Source of the DNA: Octopus bimaculoides
Taxonomy: Eukaryota
DNA length: 40,998 nt
Reading direction: 5' to 3'
Assembly (NCBI RefSeq): GCF_001194135.2
Contig: NC_068982.1
Location: 148,742,570-148,783,567, forward strand
Each line of letters opens with the position of its first letter. The first letter of the stretch is position 1. The translations under genes and the position numbers were made by a program. Shown here in pieces: positions 1 to 12,090 of the stretch. The notes below the pieces were generated by a model. That model was given only the letters and a program-made list of their open reading frames with translations. It did not search any database and was not told where the DNA came from.

Positions 1-523
1 ATATATATATATATATATGGGGGGGGGGTTGTACATCTATAGTGAGAGAAAGGGAGCGGGAAGAGGGAGAGATGATTAGGTTGGTAGCTACATAGGTATA
101 TATCCATACGGACATACATAAACACACACACACACACACACAAACATACAGGCATAAATACACACACACATATATATACACACTATATACACATATATAA
201 TATATATGCATATTTATGTGTATATACATATAATATATATATGTACACAGACATATACATATATACACAGACACACACACACACACACGCGCACATATAT
301 ATATATATATAAAATGTGTGTGTTTTCATATACGAAATTGCATGTATATACCTAACCTACATAACTGACATAGATCCACCAAACTTGGAATATTGTTCAT
401 GCTCAGAATAAAAGATCAGATTAGTTTGCTAATTCTGCCTCTGTGTGTGTATATGGGTGGGGGTGTAAGTTTGTATATATGTATGTCTGTATGTATGTAT
501 TAATGTGTGTGTGTGCATGTGTA

Positions 524-560
<37 letters not shown>

Positions 561-633
561 NNNNNNNNNNNNNNNNNNNNNNNNNNNNNNNNNNNNNNNN
601 NNNNNNNNNNNNNNNNNNNNNNNNNNNNNNNNN
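561..633. other. Assembly gap (N run); other gaps at 9697-10059, 30673-30910, 34230-35150 and 37909-38488
   Basis: N characters, most abutting (TA)n or (TAA)n tracts, as expected of a short-read assembly. Confidence 0.99.
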
Positions 634-676
<43 letters not shown>

Positions 677-702
677 CATATATATATAAATATATGCACA
701 TA

Positions 703-735
<33 letters not shown>

Positions 736-1004
736 ATTATTCTTTGAATTTCTACTTATATTTCTAGGTAAAAGGTCTTCATATTAAAAATGTATTCATC
801 TCACAGAGCAACATTTTGTTTCCACCTAATAAAAGCTGATCAATTCTATTTTCCATTAATTTCCTTACAAAGCTGATGAAGTTTTATATATGTCTGTTTT
901 TATTTTTCTCCTATTTTTTCCTCTTTAGTAGATTGTTTCTGAATTTCATCTTGACTTTTTAATATTGAGTTGCTGCAACGAATCTCTTTGTCTCTTTCTC
1001 TCTC

Positions 1005-1141
1005 CCTCTACATACATACATACATACATACATACATGGATAGATAGATAGATAGATAGAGAGATAGATAGAGAGATAGATAGATAGATAAACAGACATA
1101 CAGACAGAAAGACAGACAGACAGACGGGCAGCCAGAGAGAC

Positions 1142-1178
<37 letters not shown>

Positions 1179-1325
1179 TAAACAGACAGACAGACAGACA
1201 GACAGACAGACGGGCAGCCAGAGAGAGAGACAGATAGATAGATAGATAGATAGATAAACAGAGAGAAAGAGAAAGAGAGAGACAGAGACAGAGACAGACA
1301 GACAGACAGACAGACAGATAGATAG
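1005..1325. repeat. Compound microsatellite (TACA/GATA/GACA/GA)n
   Basis: Directly visible tandem tetranucleotide and dinucleotide blocks, with an internal duplicated unit cagacgggcagccagagagac (about 1120 and 1207). Explains the ORFs 946..1329 and 959..1369. Confidence 0.95.
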
Positions 1326-1445
1326 ACATGTATGAAATTATTCAGTTTTATTTCAAGATTTCTTGCCAATAGAGAAAGATCTGGTTTCTAACGTAGACCG
1401 AAGGCTTCTTTATTGGAATTTCATCAAAATCAACAAGGTATTTTT
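1326..1445 (-). mobile_element. ~115-bp interspersed repeat, probable 3' terminus of an R4-like LINE family
   Basis: The reverse complement matches 37175-37275 (both give MARNLEIKL in the ORF track) and, more weakly, 11995-12090. Both of those lie downstream of R4-like ORF fragments in the same orientation. Confidence 0.7.
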
Positions 1446-1479
1446 GCATGTATGTGTATATGTGCAGTATTTGGAGTCA

Positions 1480-2598
1480 GTCCATGTACTGATTTGTACG
1501 GTGTCTGATTATAATGTGAGTTTTCTCTGGTAAATCAAATTTTGTAAACCCATAGATGGATCAGAAATACATATTGTTTATGAATATGAGTTCCATCATG
1601 GAACCAGTGCATTCCAGACCGCTCAAAACATCAATGAGGTGTTTGCTGAAGATGTGGCGAACGAGTGTACTATATGTTGATGGTTTGAGAAGTTCTGGTT
1701 TGGTGACCTTACTCTTGAAAATCAGCCCCATGTAGTGGAAATAGATACATCTCAAACTACGCGTGAATTAGCAGTGAGATTTGATGTTTCAACTCCAAAT
1801 GTATTGGACAATCTGTAACAAATCGGCAAGGTAAAGAAGCTGGACAAGTGCGTACCACATGAACTGAACAAGCATCAAATGACACATTGTCTTAGAACTT
1901 GCTGTTCTTTGCTGTCACAGCATAAAAGCAAACCATTTTTGTATTTTATTGTTACACATGATAAAAAATGGATTCTTTTCAACAATAGCAAGCATTCTGC
2001 ATGGTGGTTGGATAGAAACAAAATGCGAAAACAGAATCCAAAAAAGAATATTCACCAAAACCAACTAATGGAGTCTGTTTGGTGGTCCAGTACTGGTGTC
2101 ATCCACTACAACTTCATGAAACCTGGTTAGTCAATTACAGTGGATGTATACATCAACCAGTTGGATGAAATGATGAGTGAACTTGCAATTAAACAAATGA
2201 GATTGGTCAACTGAGACAGACAAATTCTCTTGCAAGACAATGCTCAACAACATGTTGCACAAAGAATGCTACTCCAGTTACAGGAGCTGAACCTGGAAGT
2301 ACTGTCATCCATCATATTCACCAGACCTTGCACCAACTGACTATCATGTTTCCCAGGTATTAGACAACTTTTTGCAAGAAAAAAATCTTCAAATATGAAG
2401 AAGATGCAAAAACAGCCTTTTGTAATTTCATCTTGCTCTCCAGAATTCTTTGTTGCTGGCATAAATAAGCTACAATAAAAAATCAAAATTGTGTTGATAA
2501 TTTAGGTGCCGACTTTGATTAACTGCATTGCTTTTTGTTGAGATAGAGTAAAATAAACTTTCAGTTCAAAATTGGATATTTCATTCTTAATGACCTGA
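1480..2598 (+). mobile_element. Decayed mariner (DD34D-type) DNA transposon; transposase pseudogene about 1556-2480
   Basis: Translation shows mariner motifs: HTH region (TAQNINEVF..WFEKF), KKLDKCVPHEL (WVPHEL), IVTHDKKWILF, VWWSSTGVIHY, LLQDNA and YSPDLAPTDYH, with stops and frameshifts. A TIR-like right end ...cttaatgacctga is followed by TA at 2599-2600; I found no matching left TIR. Confidence 0.92.
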
Positions 2599-2648
2599 TA
2601 TATAAACACATACATACACACACACATATACATATGTATGTATGTGCA

Positions 2649-2694
<46 letters not shown>

Positions 2695-2996
2695 TGGGGA
2701 CACACACATATATATATATATATATCTTAGTAAAAAGTAAGGGTTTACGCTGAAATGATTACCAGTTCACACTCAGGTATTCAGAATATGTTATTCAACA
2801 GTTAACATATAAATCCAATAAAGTTCTTATAAGATAAGAAATTAGAGGAATATTCTGTTGGATAATTCTGAATATATTTCCTTAACATTGAAGCAATTGT
2901 TGGTCTTTGAATGGCAGTATATAATTATCAAATTAAAGTTAATGCTGCTGCTACTTCAGAGTAATCCTTATTTTTAATATTGCATATATAAATCAT

Positions 2997-3074
<78 letters not shown>

Positions 3075-3364
3075 TCTCATATACATCTGTGTATGTCTGT
3101 GCATTTGTGTGTTGTGCTTGCGTGTGTGTGTGTAAATAGGTCTTTATTAACAAAGCATCTCAAAGTGAATTCTATTTTAAATAGTATCTTATAAAACAAT
3201 GCCTGTGAGACATGGTCCACGTATCTTCTGTAACTGAAGGAGTTTTGAACCCAATGTATTACGAGTTATTATCAACAGCTGGATTCACTTCTAGATTCAC
3301 CGTTGATAAAGACTTATTTACATATTGTTCAATACATCTACACTTGCATTCAAAGTATAATATA

Positions 3365-3520
3365 CAGGTGTGGTTGTGTGATTAAGAAGTTTACTTCCCA
3401 ACCACCAGGTCTCAGGCTCAACATGGCACCTTGAGCTATTGTCTTTTACTACATCCCTGGGCCAACCAAAGCTTTGTAAGAGGATTTGAAAGATGGTAGG
3501 TGAAAGAAACCTGTAGTGCA
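3365..3520 (+). mobile_element. tRNA-derived SINE, 5' half (family A)
   Basis: Similar to the 5' part of the copy at 18159-18620 (-) and to 27681-27780: tRNA-like head, then tggcaccttg..gtcttttacta..gggccaaccaaagctttgt. Confidence 0.75.
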
Positions 3521-4956
3521 CATACACTTACACACACAGATATATATATCTTTTATATTATAGAAGCTGTATATGCATATATGAATATAGATTTTCTATT
3601 AAAGATTATTCATTGAACACACAACTATATCACAGTTTTAGATTTTAACATTGATTTTTCTTATTTCTTTATAATAATAAATTCATGATATCTATGAATA
3701 CGGATTTAGTTACTTAAAATAAATCTAGTTGCTGTAAGTAAAATAAAACTCCAATAGTTCAAGTTCAGTCACTTTATCAAAGAACAGAAGAGAGAACATC
3801 ACACACTTCAAATGAAATTTAGGAAGAGATGAGCAAGTTCCACATGCTGCAAATGAAATATAATGAAGCTACATTTCACTTATGGTACACAGAACTCTCC
3901 CTTCTCTACCTTGATGAAGGGCCTGGGGTCAAAACATTGGACCTTTTCTTTCCCTTCTGGTAACTGCATTTACTTTAACTGTCGCACTTCCTCTTTAAAT
4001 ATTTTACTGTTCAGTTTTCTTTCAGTAATTAATGAATGATTTTCTGATCTTATTTTCTTGCAAACTATAATATTTGTGCATTGATGTTTGACTCATATAT
4101 CACCATATTTTCCATTACAAAACTTCTAACTTTGAGAGTAATTTAATATAAGATGGTTCTGTTCTCATTGTTATTGTTTCTCGTTCTAGTTTTGTTTTAT
4201 GCTGTATTGCAACAGCTCTGTGTTGTAGATGCAAGGTCAGCAGGCATAAAAATGTTTTACTTCAAAGTCCACTGTAACTTCATGAAATTCACAACTACCA
4301 TGTTTGTTTATGAATCTATAAATTACATTAGTCATCTGAAGTTTATTCAGAAATTAGAATGCTTGTAGTTTGTAGTTGATGATGAGAAGATTTTTTTGTG
4401 GTTTTGTCATGTATTATAAATGCTAGTTATGATTAGGTCTAATGTATGTTGTGTTCCATTTAGTGAGTTGTTTATGTGTTCATTTATTCCATAGTAATGG
4501 TGCATTTTAGACCATTATGTTTGCTTTTACTGACAGAAGTATCTGTTGCATTTACTGTGTTGAATTTGTTTTTGCATTATTGTATAGTTTGATGTACTAA
4601 ATCATTTATATTTCTCTTACTGACTAGCATTCGTTTAATTTTATCAATTTCTTTCACTAGTGCTTCTCAAGGCTGGATTTCTATTATAATGGTCATAGCA
4701 GGTTAATTGCAGGTTTACCAGCTTAATGTCTGTAAATGTAAGGAAATAGGTAGTTTATGAGATCAAATTTCAGCAGATCATTTATAGGGTAACAATCACA
4801 AAGCAATACATGACTTTGTTACTTCCTCAAAGACTGACTCAGTAACTACAAAGAGTAACATGGTATTATAATATTGTTAGATCTATCTGGAATAATTTGA
4901 ATTGAGCAAAGTTTCTTCAATAATACTAGGGGGCTGTTTTATACATACAAACGCAT

Positions 4957-5110
4957 ATTCTTTTATTCTTTTATTCTTTTACTTGTTTCAGTCATTTGAT
5001 TGTGGCCATGCTGGAGCACCACATTTAGTCGATCAATTCAACCCTAGGACTTATTCTTTGTAAGCCTAGTATTTATTCTATTGTTCTCTTTTGCCAAACT
5101 GCTAAGTTAC
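4957..5110 (-). mobile_element. SINE family A, 3' part with (AAAAGAAT)n tail
   Basis: tttcagtcatttgattgtggccatgctggagcacc...tgctaagttac aligns with 18159-18302, and in reverse complement with 28490-28610. Confidence 0.8.
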
Positions 5111-5776
5111 AAAAGAAAATGGTCCCAAGGAGAGTGATAAGTGGTAGAAAAAAATGGCAATGAAACATGTGCAGTTTTTCTGTCATTTAATTACATAAAT
5201 AGTGTCCTAGTTAGAAGCGCAATTGAGGGATAGGTGTTCAGAAGATGAATTATGAGGAAGGCTTGACAGTGACAGATTGGGTGCAAGGACATTGACATAA
5301 ATGATATGCTTTTTGGGTCTATCTATTTACTGATATGGACAGGTCTTCTCAAGCACAGAGAAACCCCAATCATTTGGATTATTTAAAATGCAGATGTTAA
5401 CTAAATGATATAGGGTGACGGGGGAATGATTGTTTGCAATAAAAGGTGACAAACTGCTTTGCTGAATATGGACAGATCCATTGCTTTTTTTTTTTTTACA
5501 CAGGCGTTGGGACCAAAAGGAGAGGAAAGAAGGAGTAAAGTTGTGGGATAAGGATAACGAGAGAGTTGTAGGGTAATAATGATAATGGAGACGATGAAAG
5601 TGTATGAATGCAGACAAATCAGATGCTATCTTTTGTTACATAGGTGGCATGACACAATGAAGAAGACAGAAGATAAGAAGCTAATAAATAAGTCAGTAAA
5701 TAGGGATGTAAAAAAAGTACATTGGGTAAAGAAACCCAGTAATATATATTATAAACTTCATTGCCCTCACCATTAT

Positions 5777-6000
5777 ATTGATTTCAAATTTTGACACAAG
5801 GCCAGCAATTTCGGAGAGAGGGAATTAGCTGATTACATGGACCCCAGTGCTCAACTGGTTCTTATTTTACCAACCCTGAAAAGATGAAAGGTAAAATCAA
5901 CCTCAGCACAATTTGAACTCAAGATGTAACAATGAATGAAATACTGCTAAGCACTTTACCTAGCATGCTTACAGTTCTACCAGCTTGCCGCCTTGCCGCC
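5777..6000 (-). mobile_element. tRNA-derived SINE (family B) with 16-bp target-site duplication
   Basis: Reverse complement of the copy at 13946-14169. Flanked by ttgccctcaccattat (5761-5776) and ttaccctcaccattat (6001-6016). Confidence 0.85.
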
Positions 6001-6327
6001 TTACCCTCACCATTATTTTAACAACTGCTTTGCTATTTTTGCACTGGTGGTCATCTCTTTTCTAGTATTGCACTTCATTATTCCTCATAGCTCTTTTGAC
6101 CTCCACCATAAGGTCCTGCTTCTTTCCCACTCACCTTGTTCCACAGGTGCCATACACCTCAAAATCACAGCATTTCTGTATACAACTGATATCGTTTGTA
6201 TGTATAGCTACCCCATACTAGTGGAGTTTTCTCCCTTACATACCACACTGTAGCTGATTCTTCTTATCTTCATCTTTTCTTCCAGCTCGCTTGTCTTTTG
6301 ATGTTTATTCACATTATCATTTTCCAT

Positions 6328-7170
6328 CCATGGGCCGTGACTGCTGAAGACATGCGTAGGCTTGCAAGAAATGAAACTAGCATGATTTGCTGGATGTGTA
6401 ATGTCAGTGTGCACACACGACAGAGTGTAAGCGCCCTGAGAGAAATGTTGGACATAAGAAGCATCGGATGTGGTGTGCAAGAGAGACGACTGTGGTGGTA
6501 TGGTCATGTACTGCAGATGGACGAGGAGAGCTGTGTGAAGAAGTGCCACTCCCAAACAGTGGAAGGAATCCAGGGTAGAAGGAGACCCAAGAAGACATGG
6601 GATTAGGTGGTGAAGCACGACCTTCGAACATTGGGTCTCACAGAGGCAAGGACAAAAGACCGAGACCTCTAGAGATATGCTGTGACTGAGAAGACTCGGC
6701 AAATAAAGTGAGTCCACAACTGTAACGTATGCCACTGTCGCATAACCAGCCCACTCAAAAGTACCTTGGATCGTAGGGTGACATGCTATGCTTGAAGAGA
6801 CCTATTGAGTCAAGTACATCAACATCAGCAATATCAAAATCAAATCAAATGGAATTTATAGTTGTGAGCCACGTGCTGGTAGCACATAAAAAGCACCATC
6901 CAAACGGGACAAAAGCCAGTGCCACTTTGAATTGATTCTGGTGCCACTGTCACATAAAAAGCACTGCTGTTGGTGCCACATAAAACACCACCCTGTGCAC
7001 TCAGTGGAAGGGTTGATATTAAGAAGGGCATCGAGCCATAGCAAACGTGCCAGGGCAGACAATGGAGCCTGGTGTGGACCCTGGCCTCCCCAGCTCTATG
7101 TCAAACTGTCAAACCTATGTCAGCGAGGAAAACGGACGTTAAGTGATGATGATGATGATGATGATGATGA
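6328..7170 (+). mobile_element. 5'-truncated RTE-clade LINE (ORF C-terminus, 3' UTR, (GAT)n tail)
   Basis: WAVTAEDMRRLARNETSMICWMC...RLWWYGHVLQM...GRRRPKKTW is the typical RTE C-terminal pattern (RLRWxGHVxR...GRPxKxW). It ends in cggacgttaagt(gat)n, followed by (gag)n. Confidence 0.9.
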
Positions 7171-7801
7171 AGAGGAGGAGGAGGAGGAGGAGGAGGAGGA
7201 GGAGGAGGAGGAGGAGGACAGTACATACCTAATCATGAATATAAATGTAAGCTACAAATCCTGTGAGCCAAATCCTGCCAAAGATATATCATTGTTCCTT
7301 GTTATATCAAGTTTCATTCCTTTCATACAATGCAACCAAAGCCCCCAGCCCCCAGGAATTGTTTATTCATGATAAATTTCATTAGCATTTATTTTTAATT
7401 GAAATGTACTGACACTTAATTAGGGGATGGTAAGAGGTCAAGCCCTTAATTACATCTGTCATGTAAATGCATAGAATGAATAAATATTAATACCTTAACT
7501 TCGTGATGATAATGTTAGATATGAAGTCTGACAGTGTCGTTAGTACAGCAGTGTAGATGTCATTTCAGACAAATCAGCAACGTTTGTCTCTTTTTATCAT
7601 TATGTATGTATTAACATGTCATGCGCACATACACACAATCACATATACACATTTATGTACTTGCATATATTATTATATGCAATTTTGTCTGCTTGTGTGT
7701 GTGTATTTGTATGCATGTATCTATGCATGTGCATATATAGATATATGTATGCAACATTCTATCGGAATTTTCGAGTGAATGAATATATTGGTTGAAACAC
7801 A

Positions 7802-8250
7802 TTGGGTCATCCCATAAATAATGCGGTTTTTTCAATTGCATGAACTAAAAGTCAGAGGGGGAACGGGATAAACCATCTACATCAACTTGCTATAAAAGCA
7901 GGTAGTAATTTTACCCTGTTCTTATTCTTAGTGCAATTTTTGAAGAGTGCAGCTCAATTCTAACAGTTATTTTTTCAAGGATACAATAGAAGCGGCAAAG
8001 GAACATATTCAGCATATTTTGCTTTATGAGTTCAATAACGGCAATAACACAATGGTAAGTGTGAGGAATATTAATGCAGTATATGGGTATTGGTCAATAA
8101 GCATAAGCCAGTGTCAAAGGTGGTTCCAGAAATTCCAAGCTGGAAACTACAGCCTAGAAGACAAGTCTCATCCTGGAAGATCAGTAGAACTTGATGAGGA
8201 CATCCTGCAAGCTCTGGTGGAACAAAATCCTATCATAACTGTTGAGAAGC
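7802..8250 (+). mobile_element. Mariner 5' fragment (left TIR plus N-terminal HTH)
   Basis: TIR-like ttgggtcatcccataaataatgcgg. ORF 7947..8267 gives KEHIQHILLYEF..NINAVYG..ISQCQRWFQKFQAGNYSLEDKSHPGRSVELD, a mariner N-terminus. The catalytic domain is absent. Confidence 0.88.
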
Positions 8251-8455
8251 TGACATCAAGTAGCTGAAACATTTTGTTACAAGGTGTATATCCAAATTTA
8301 AAATAAATGCTGACATATATTTATATATAAACACACATATACATATATATATGCAACAACATATGTAAACAAACGTTTTTTATGGTTTTTGGAAGCATGA
8401 AGTATGCAGAGAGATTTGAGTGTATTGCCCATATAAGACAGAAAAAGTTGTCAGC

Positions 8456-8526
8456 AGACAGCCACAGGACTCGAACCTGTACGTCTCAGATACCAGCTGA
8501 GTACTCTACCATTAAGCTACACTGCC
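8456..8526 (-). tRNA. tRNA-Thr(GGT)-like gene or pseudogene
   Basis: Folds by hand into a cloverleaf: acceptor GGCAGTG/GGCTGTC (two GU pairs, one mismatch), D-arm GCTT-AATGGTA-GAGT, anticodon arm CTCAG-CT GGT AT-CTGAG, T-arm ACAGG-TTCGAGT-CCTGT. It has consensus A and B boxes and TTTTT about 10 nt downstream (8442-8446). Confidence 0.7.
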
Positions 8527-8819
8527 TGCTGACAATAAACTCTTGTAAAATTAAATGCTAAATACATAACTTATGTGAAATGCAATAGCATATGTAAACA
8601 AACTGTTTTTCTGTTTTTGGAAGTGCCAAATATGTATCATATACCAACAAGAAAATAATATTTTGAACATAATATAGAAGTAATGTTTATTGCCATGCCA
8701 ATATGGCTATTCAACATTACCACCAGATTTAACCCAGGAAGAGCCTCCTCTAGCTGGTTATCGATGTAATCTGCACCCTGTATATATTGCAAGTAGGGAT
8801 GTAAACCCCTACCACCTTC

Positions 8820-9325
8820 ATTTGATTGTGATTTGATTTTTGATTTTGATTTTGATTTTACTTGACTCAATAAGTCTCCTCAAGCATGGTGTGTCGCTCG
8901 ATGATTCAAAGGTACTTTTTAAATGGGCTGGTTATACGACACTGGTATAGGCTACGGCTATGATCTCACTTTACTTGCCAGGTCCTTCTCAATCACAGCA
9001 TATCTCCAGAGTTCTCGGTCTTTTGTCATTGCTTCTGTGAGACCCAACGTTCAAAGGTCATGCTTCACCCCTTCATTCCATGTCTTTCTGGGTCTCCCTC
9101 TTCCATGGGTTCTTTCAATTGTTAGGAAGTGACACTTCTTCACACAGATCTTCTCATCCATATGCAATACATGACCATACCACCACAGTCGTCTCTCTTG
9201 CACACCACATCTGATGTTCTTATGTCCAACATTTCTCTCAGGGCACTTACACTCGGTCATGCGTGCACACTAACATTACACATCCATCTGATCATACCAG
9301 CTTGATTTCTTTCAAGCCTACGCAT
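8820..9325 (-). mobile_element. 5'-truncated RTE LINE fragment, same family as 6328-7170
   Basis: ORF 9051..9260 (RLWWYGHVLHM..GRGRPRKTW). The nucleotide sequence aligns in reverse with about 6368-6850 and ends in an (AAATC)n-like tract. Confidence 0.9.
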
Positions 9326-9659
9326 ACGTATATACATATACAATATATATATGTATATTTATATACCTATGTATATTACACTAAGCTTGACTTGTAAACA
9401 GATGTCAAAAATTCATTATTTCATATTTTTTTCTTTATCTTTCACCTGTTATATTTTTATTTCTTCTCTTTGATAAAGGTTATCACTCAATACTTTATAT
9501 TCTCTCATGTTTCTTCCACGGGTGTACATATTTTCATGGAACACTTCATCCAATATTGCACATTTCACTTGTCAAACTCTCTATATTATTAGTTTGTTTC
9601 CTGCTTCTCTGATATTCTTACTAATTTTATTTGTGTGATTTATAAATATATATAAATAG

Positions 9660-9696
<37 letters not shown>

Positions 9697-10291
9697 NNNN
9701 NNNNNNNNNNNNNNNNNNNNNNNNNNNNNNNNNNNNNNNNNNNNNNNNNNNNNNNNNNNNNNNNNNNNNNNNNNNNNNNNNNNNNNNNNNNNNNNNNNNN
9801 NNNNNNNNNNNNNNNNNNNNNNNNNNNNNNNNNNNNNNNNNNNNNNNNNNNNNNNNNNNNNNNNNNNNNNNNNNNNNNNNNNNNNNNNNNNNNNNNNNNN
9901 NNNNNNNNNNNNNNNNNNNNNNNNNNNNNNNNNNNNNNNNNNNNNNNNNNNNNNNNNNNNNNNNNNNNNNNNNNNNNNNNNNNNNNNNNNNNNNNNNNNN
10001 NNNNNNNNNNNNNNNNNNNNNNNNNNNNNNNNNNNNNNNNNNNNNNNNNNNNNNNNNNNCATATACATATATATACACACACGTACAAATATACTATAAC
10101 CATAAGCATAATTATAATCGGGGGTCAGCTAATTGCCTTGCCACGCACCAAATTTAGAAATAGTAGTTAGAATACCTTTTCCACTACCATAAATATTTCC
10201 CAGACAGTAACATGCTTTTTTTACGTTGGTAAAGAGAAAAAAATAACAAATCCACATGATTCGGATTAGCTTCATATACATAGATAGATAG

Positions 10292-10326
<35 letters not shown>

Positions 10327-10329
<3 letters not shown>

Positions 10330-10560
10330 AAAGATGTCTTATGGGCAACCATCAAACCTGCGGCAGAGGCAGTTCAACCTGCTACTGTTAAGAAATTGGT
10401 AGATTCCATGACTAATAGAGTTTTTGAAGTTATCCATCGAAATGATGCTCATGTGGCTCAATAATTCATTATGTTGATAAGTGTTATAAAATTAAATGAA
10501 TGTTAAATATATACTCAATGTATACTTAATATGTATCATTAACCTTCATTTTCTGAAAAA
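10327..10560 (+). mobile_element. Tc1-like transposase C-terminal fragment plus 3' flank
   Basis: 10327-10464 translates as LKDVLWATIKPAAEAVQPATVKKLVDSMTNRVFEVIHRNDAHVAQ*, which resembles the Tc1 C-terminus (L..SM..R...VI..xG). Confidence 0.6.
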
Positions 10561-10849
10561 AAATGTCTAAATGGGCTATTTCCATTCAAAACTGTTAATG
10601 TGGTTCACCCAAAAACTGAAGAATCTGAAAACAAAAAAGAAAGGATGTTACACAGAATAATAAAAACATAACGATGGTGTTGTCATAGTGTGCAAACCAG
10701 CTGGGAAAAGTTTAAACAAAATCCATTCACAGTATACTGAGAAATCTTAAATTTCACTCCTAAGGTATTAGTGTGGTTCTGGGTGTAAGTCAACACATAC
10801 AGATCAACTATAGGCAAGACGTTCATACATAAACTGATATGTGCAGATA

Positions 10850-12090
10850 GATACATACAAGTATATGTGTACAAAAGACAAGGAAGTAAGGATTTGACAT
10901 CAATTCAAATAGCTTTTGAATGTTGCTTCATATCCATTCAACAACAGCTATTAACCACCAAACTTTGAAGTGCATCTATGGATCAAGTTTATAAACATGT
11001 GGCACATAAAAATTATGAGAAATGGATAGGAATTCCTCAGAAATTATTCCCAGACTGATGACCAGTGATACACGTCCAGAGAAGTTACAAAACCCTGTTG
11101 TAGCAGATAATAAAAGAAAAAGGTCCATACATGGCTATGTTGTCAGAAAGTTTCAAAGTGACTGTAGCACTGGTAACCAAATTATTCTGAATAAGTAACC
11201 AGTATACCAGCTTTCGTTTTGAAGGGTATATTTTTGGCAATATAGGAACAAGGAATAACAAAATACCTGATGTTCAAAATGGATGGTGATGGTAGTAAAA
11301 CATCAAATGCTAACATGGAGGTTATCATCCACATGCCAAGTAGTTGCCTGGAAACGTCATCACAGTATTATCTTCCTATGAACAATGATATTATGGCTAA
11401 AACATTGTACAATGCAATCTGCAAGAGTTAAGTCTAAAGGATGAAATATAAGGTTACAGTGATGTAGAGGGTGTAATCACTAATAACATGTATGAATGCC
11501 AATGGAATGTTCCAGTCAAGCCTCAATAAAACACAAGCATAAAAGTTTTGACAGGAATAGAGAAAAGTTTTGCACAGTGGTGGAGATCAGTTGCCAAGCA
11601 GATAGATGTTAACAAAATGGTAGAGATTAGTTAAAAAATACATCCATGCCAAACTAATGAGGAATTTGCAGTTACTCCAGTCAGGCTACAGCTTTAGATT
11701 CACACCTATCATTATTGGACACAGGTGAGGACATGGTTCATTAACAAATTACAGCCACAAGCCATTAATGACAATGTAAAAATATATGAAGTATTCTAGA
11801 AGATAACCTGTAAGTGTATATGCATACATGCAGACACAAAAGCTATGCATGTGCACACATACATAAGTCAAAACATAGAGATCTACTCAAGCAATGATAA
11901 CTATGCTTGTGCACATACACATCTGTAAACATAAGCACATATATACATTCACACAGACATATATGCAAATATACCATGTATATATATATATGGCAACTTA
12001 CTTGATGTTGTGTAAATTCCAATGAAACAGTTATGTTTCTGGGTTAGAAACCAAATCTTTCTCTTTTGGTGTGAAATTCAAAAAATAAAA
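10850..12090 (+). mobile_element. Heavily decayed R4-like (RLE) non-LTR retrotransposon, 3' portion
   Basis: Frame-broken motifs (QGSKDLTSIQIAFEC, IHGYVVRKFQSD, EGYIF, YYLPM..DIMAKTLYNAIC, WNVPV, VVEISC) parallel the copy at 35816-36742. It ends with the shared terminal module at 11995-12090. Confidence 0.7.

Noticed and set aside
6135-6175. 41-nt minus-strand exon candidate with a perfect AAG|GTGAGT donor
   Set aside because: The acceptor is weak (gttgtatacag), the peptides are unrecognisable, and no compatible neighbouring exons were found.
6932-7372. 146-aa ORF with a poly-D/poly-E acidic tract
   Set aside because: It derives from the RTE 3' UTR, its (GAT)n tail and an adjacent (GAG)n microsatellite; there is no evidence for a host gene.
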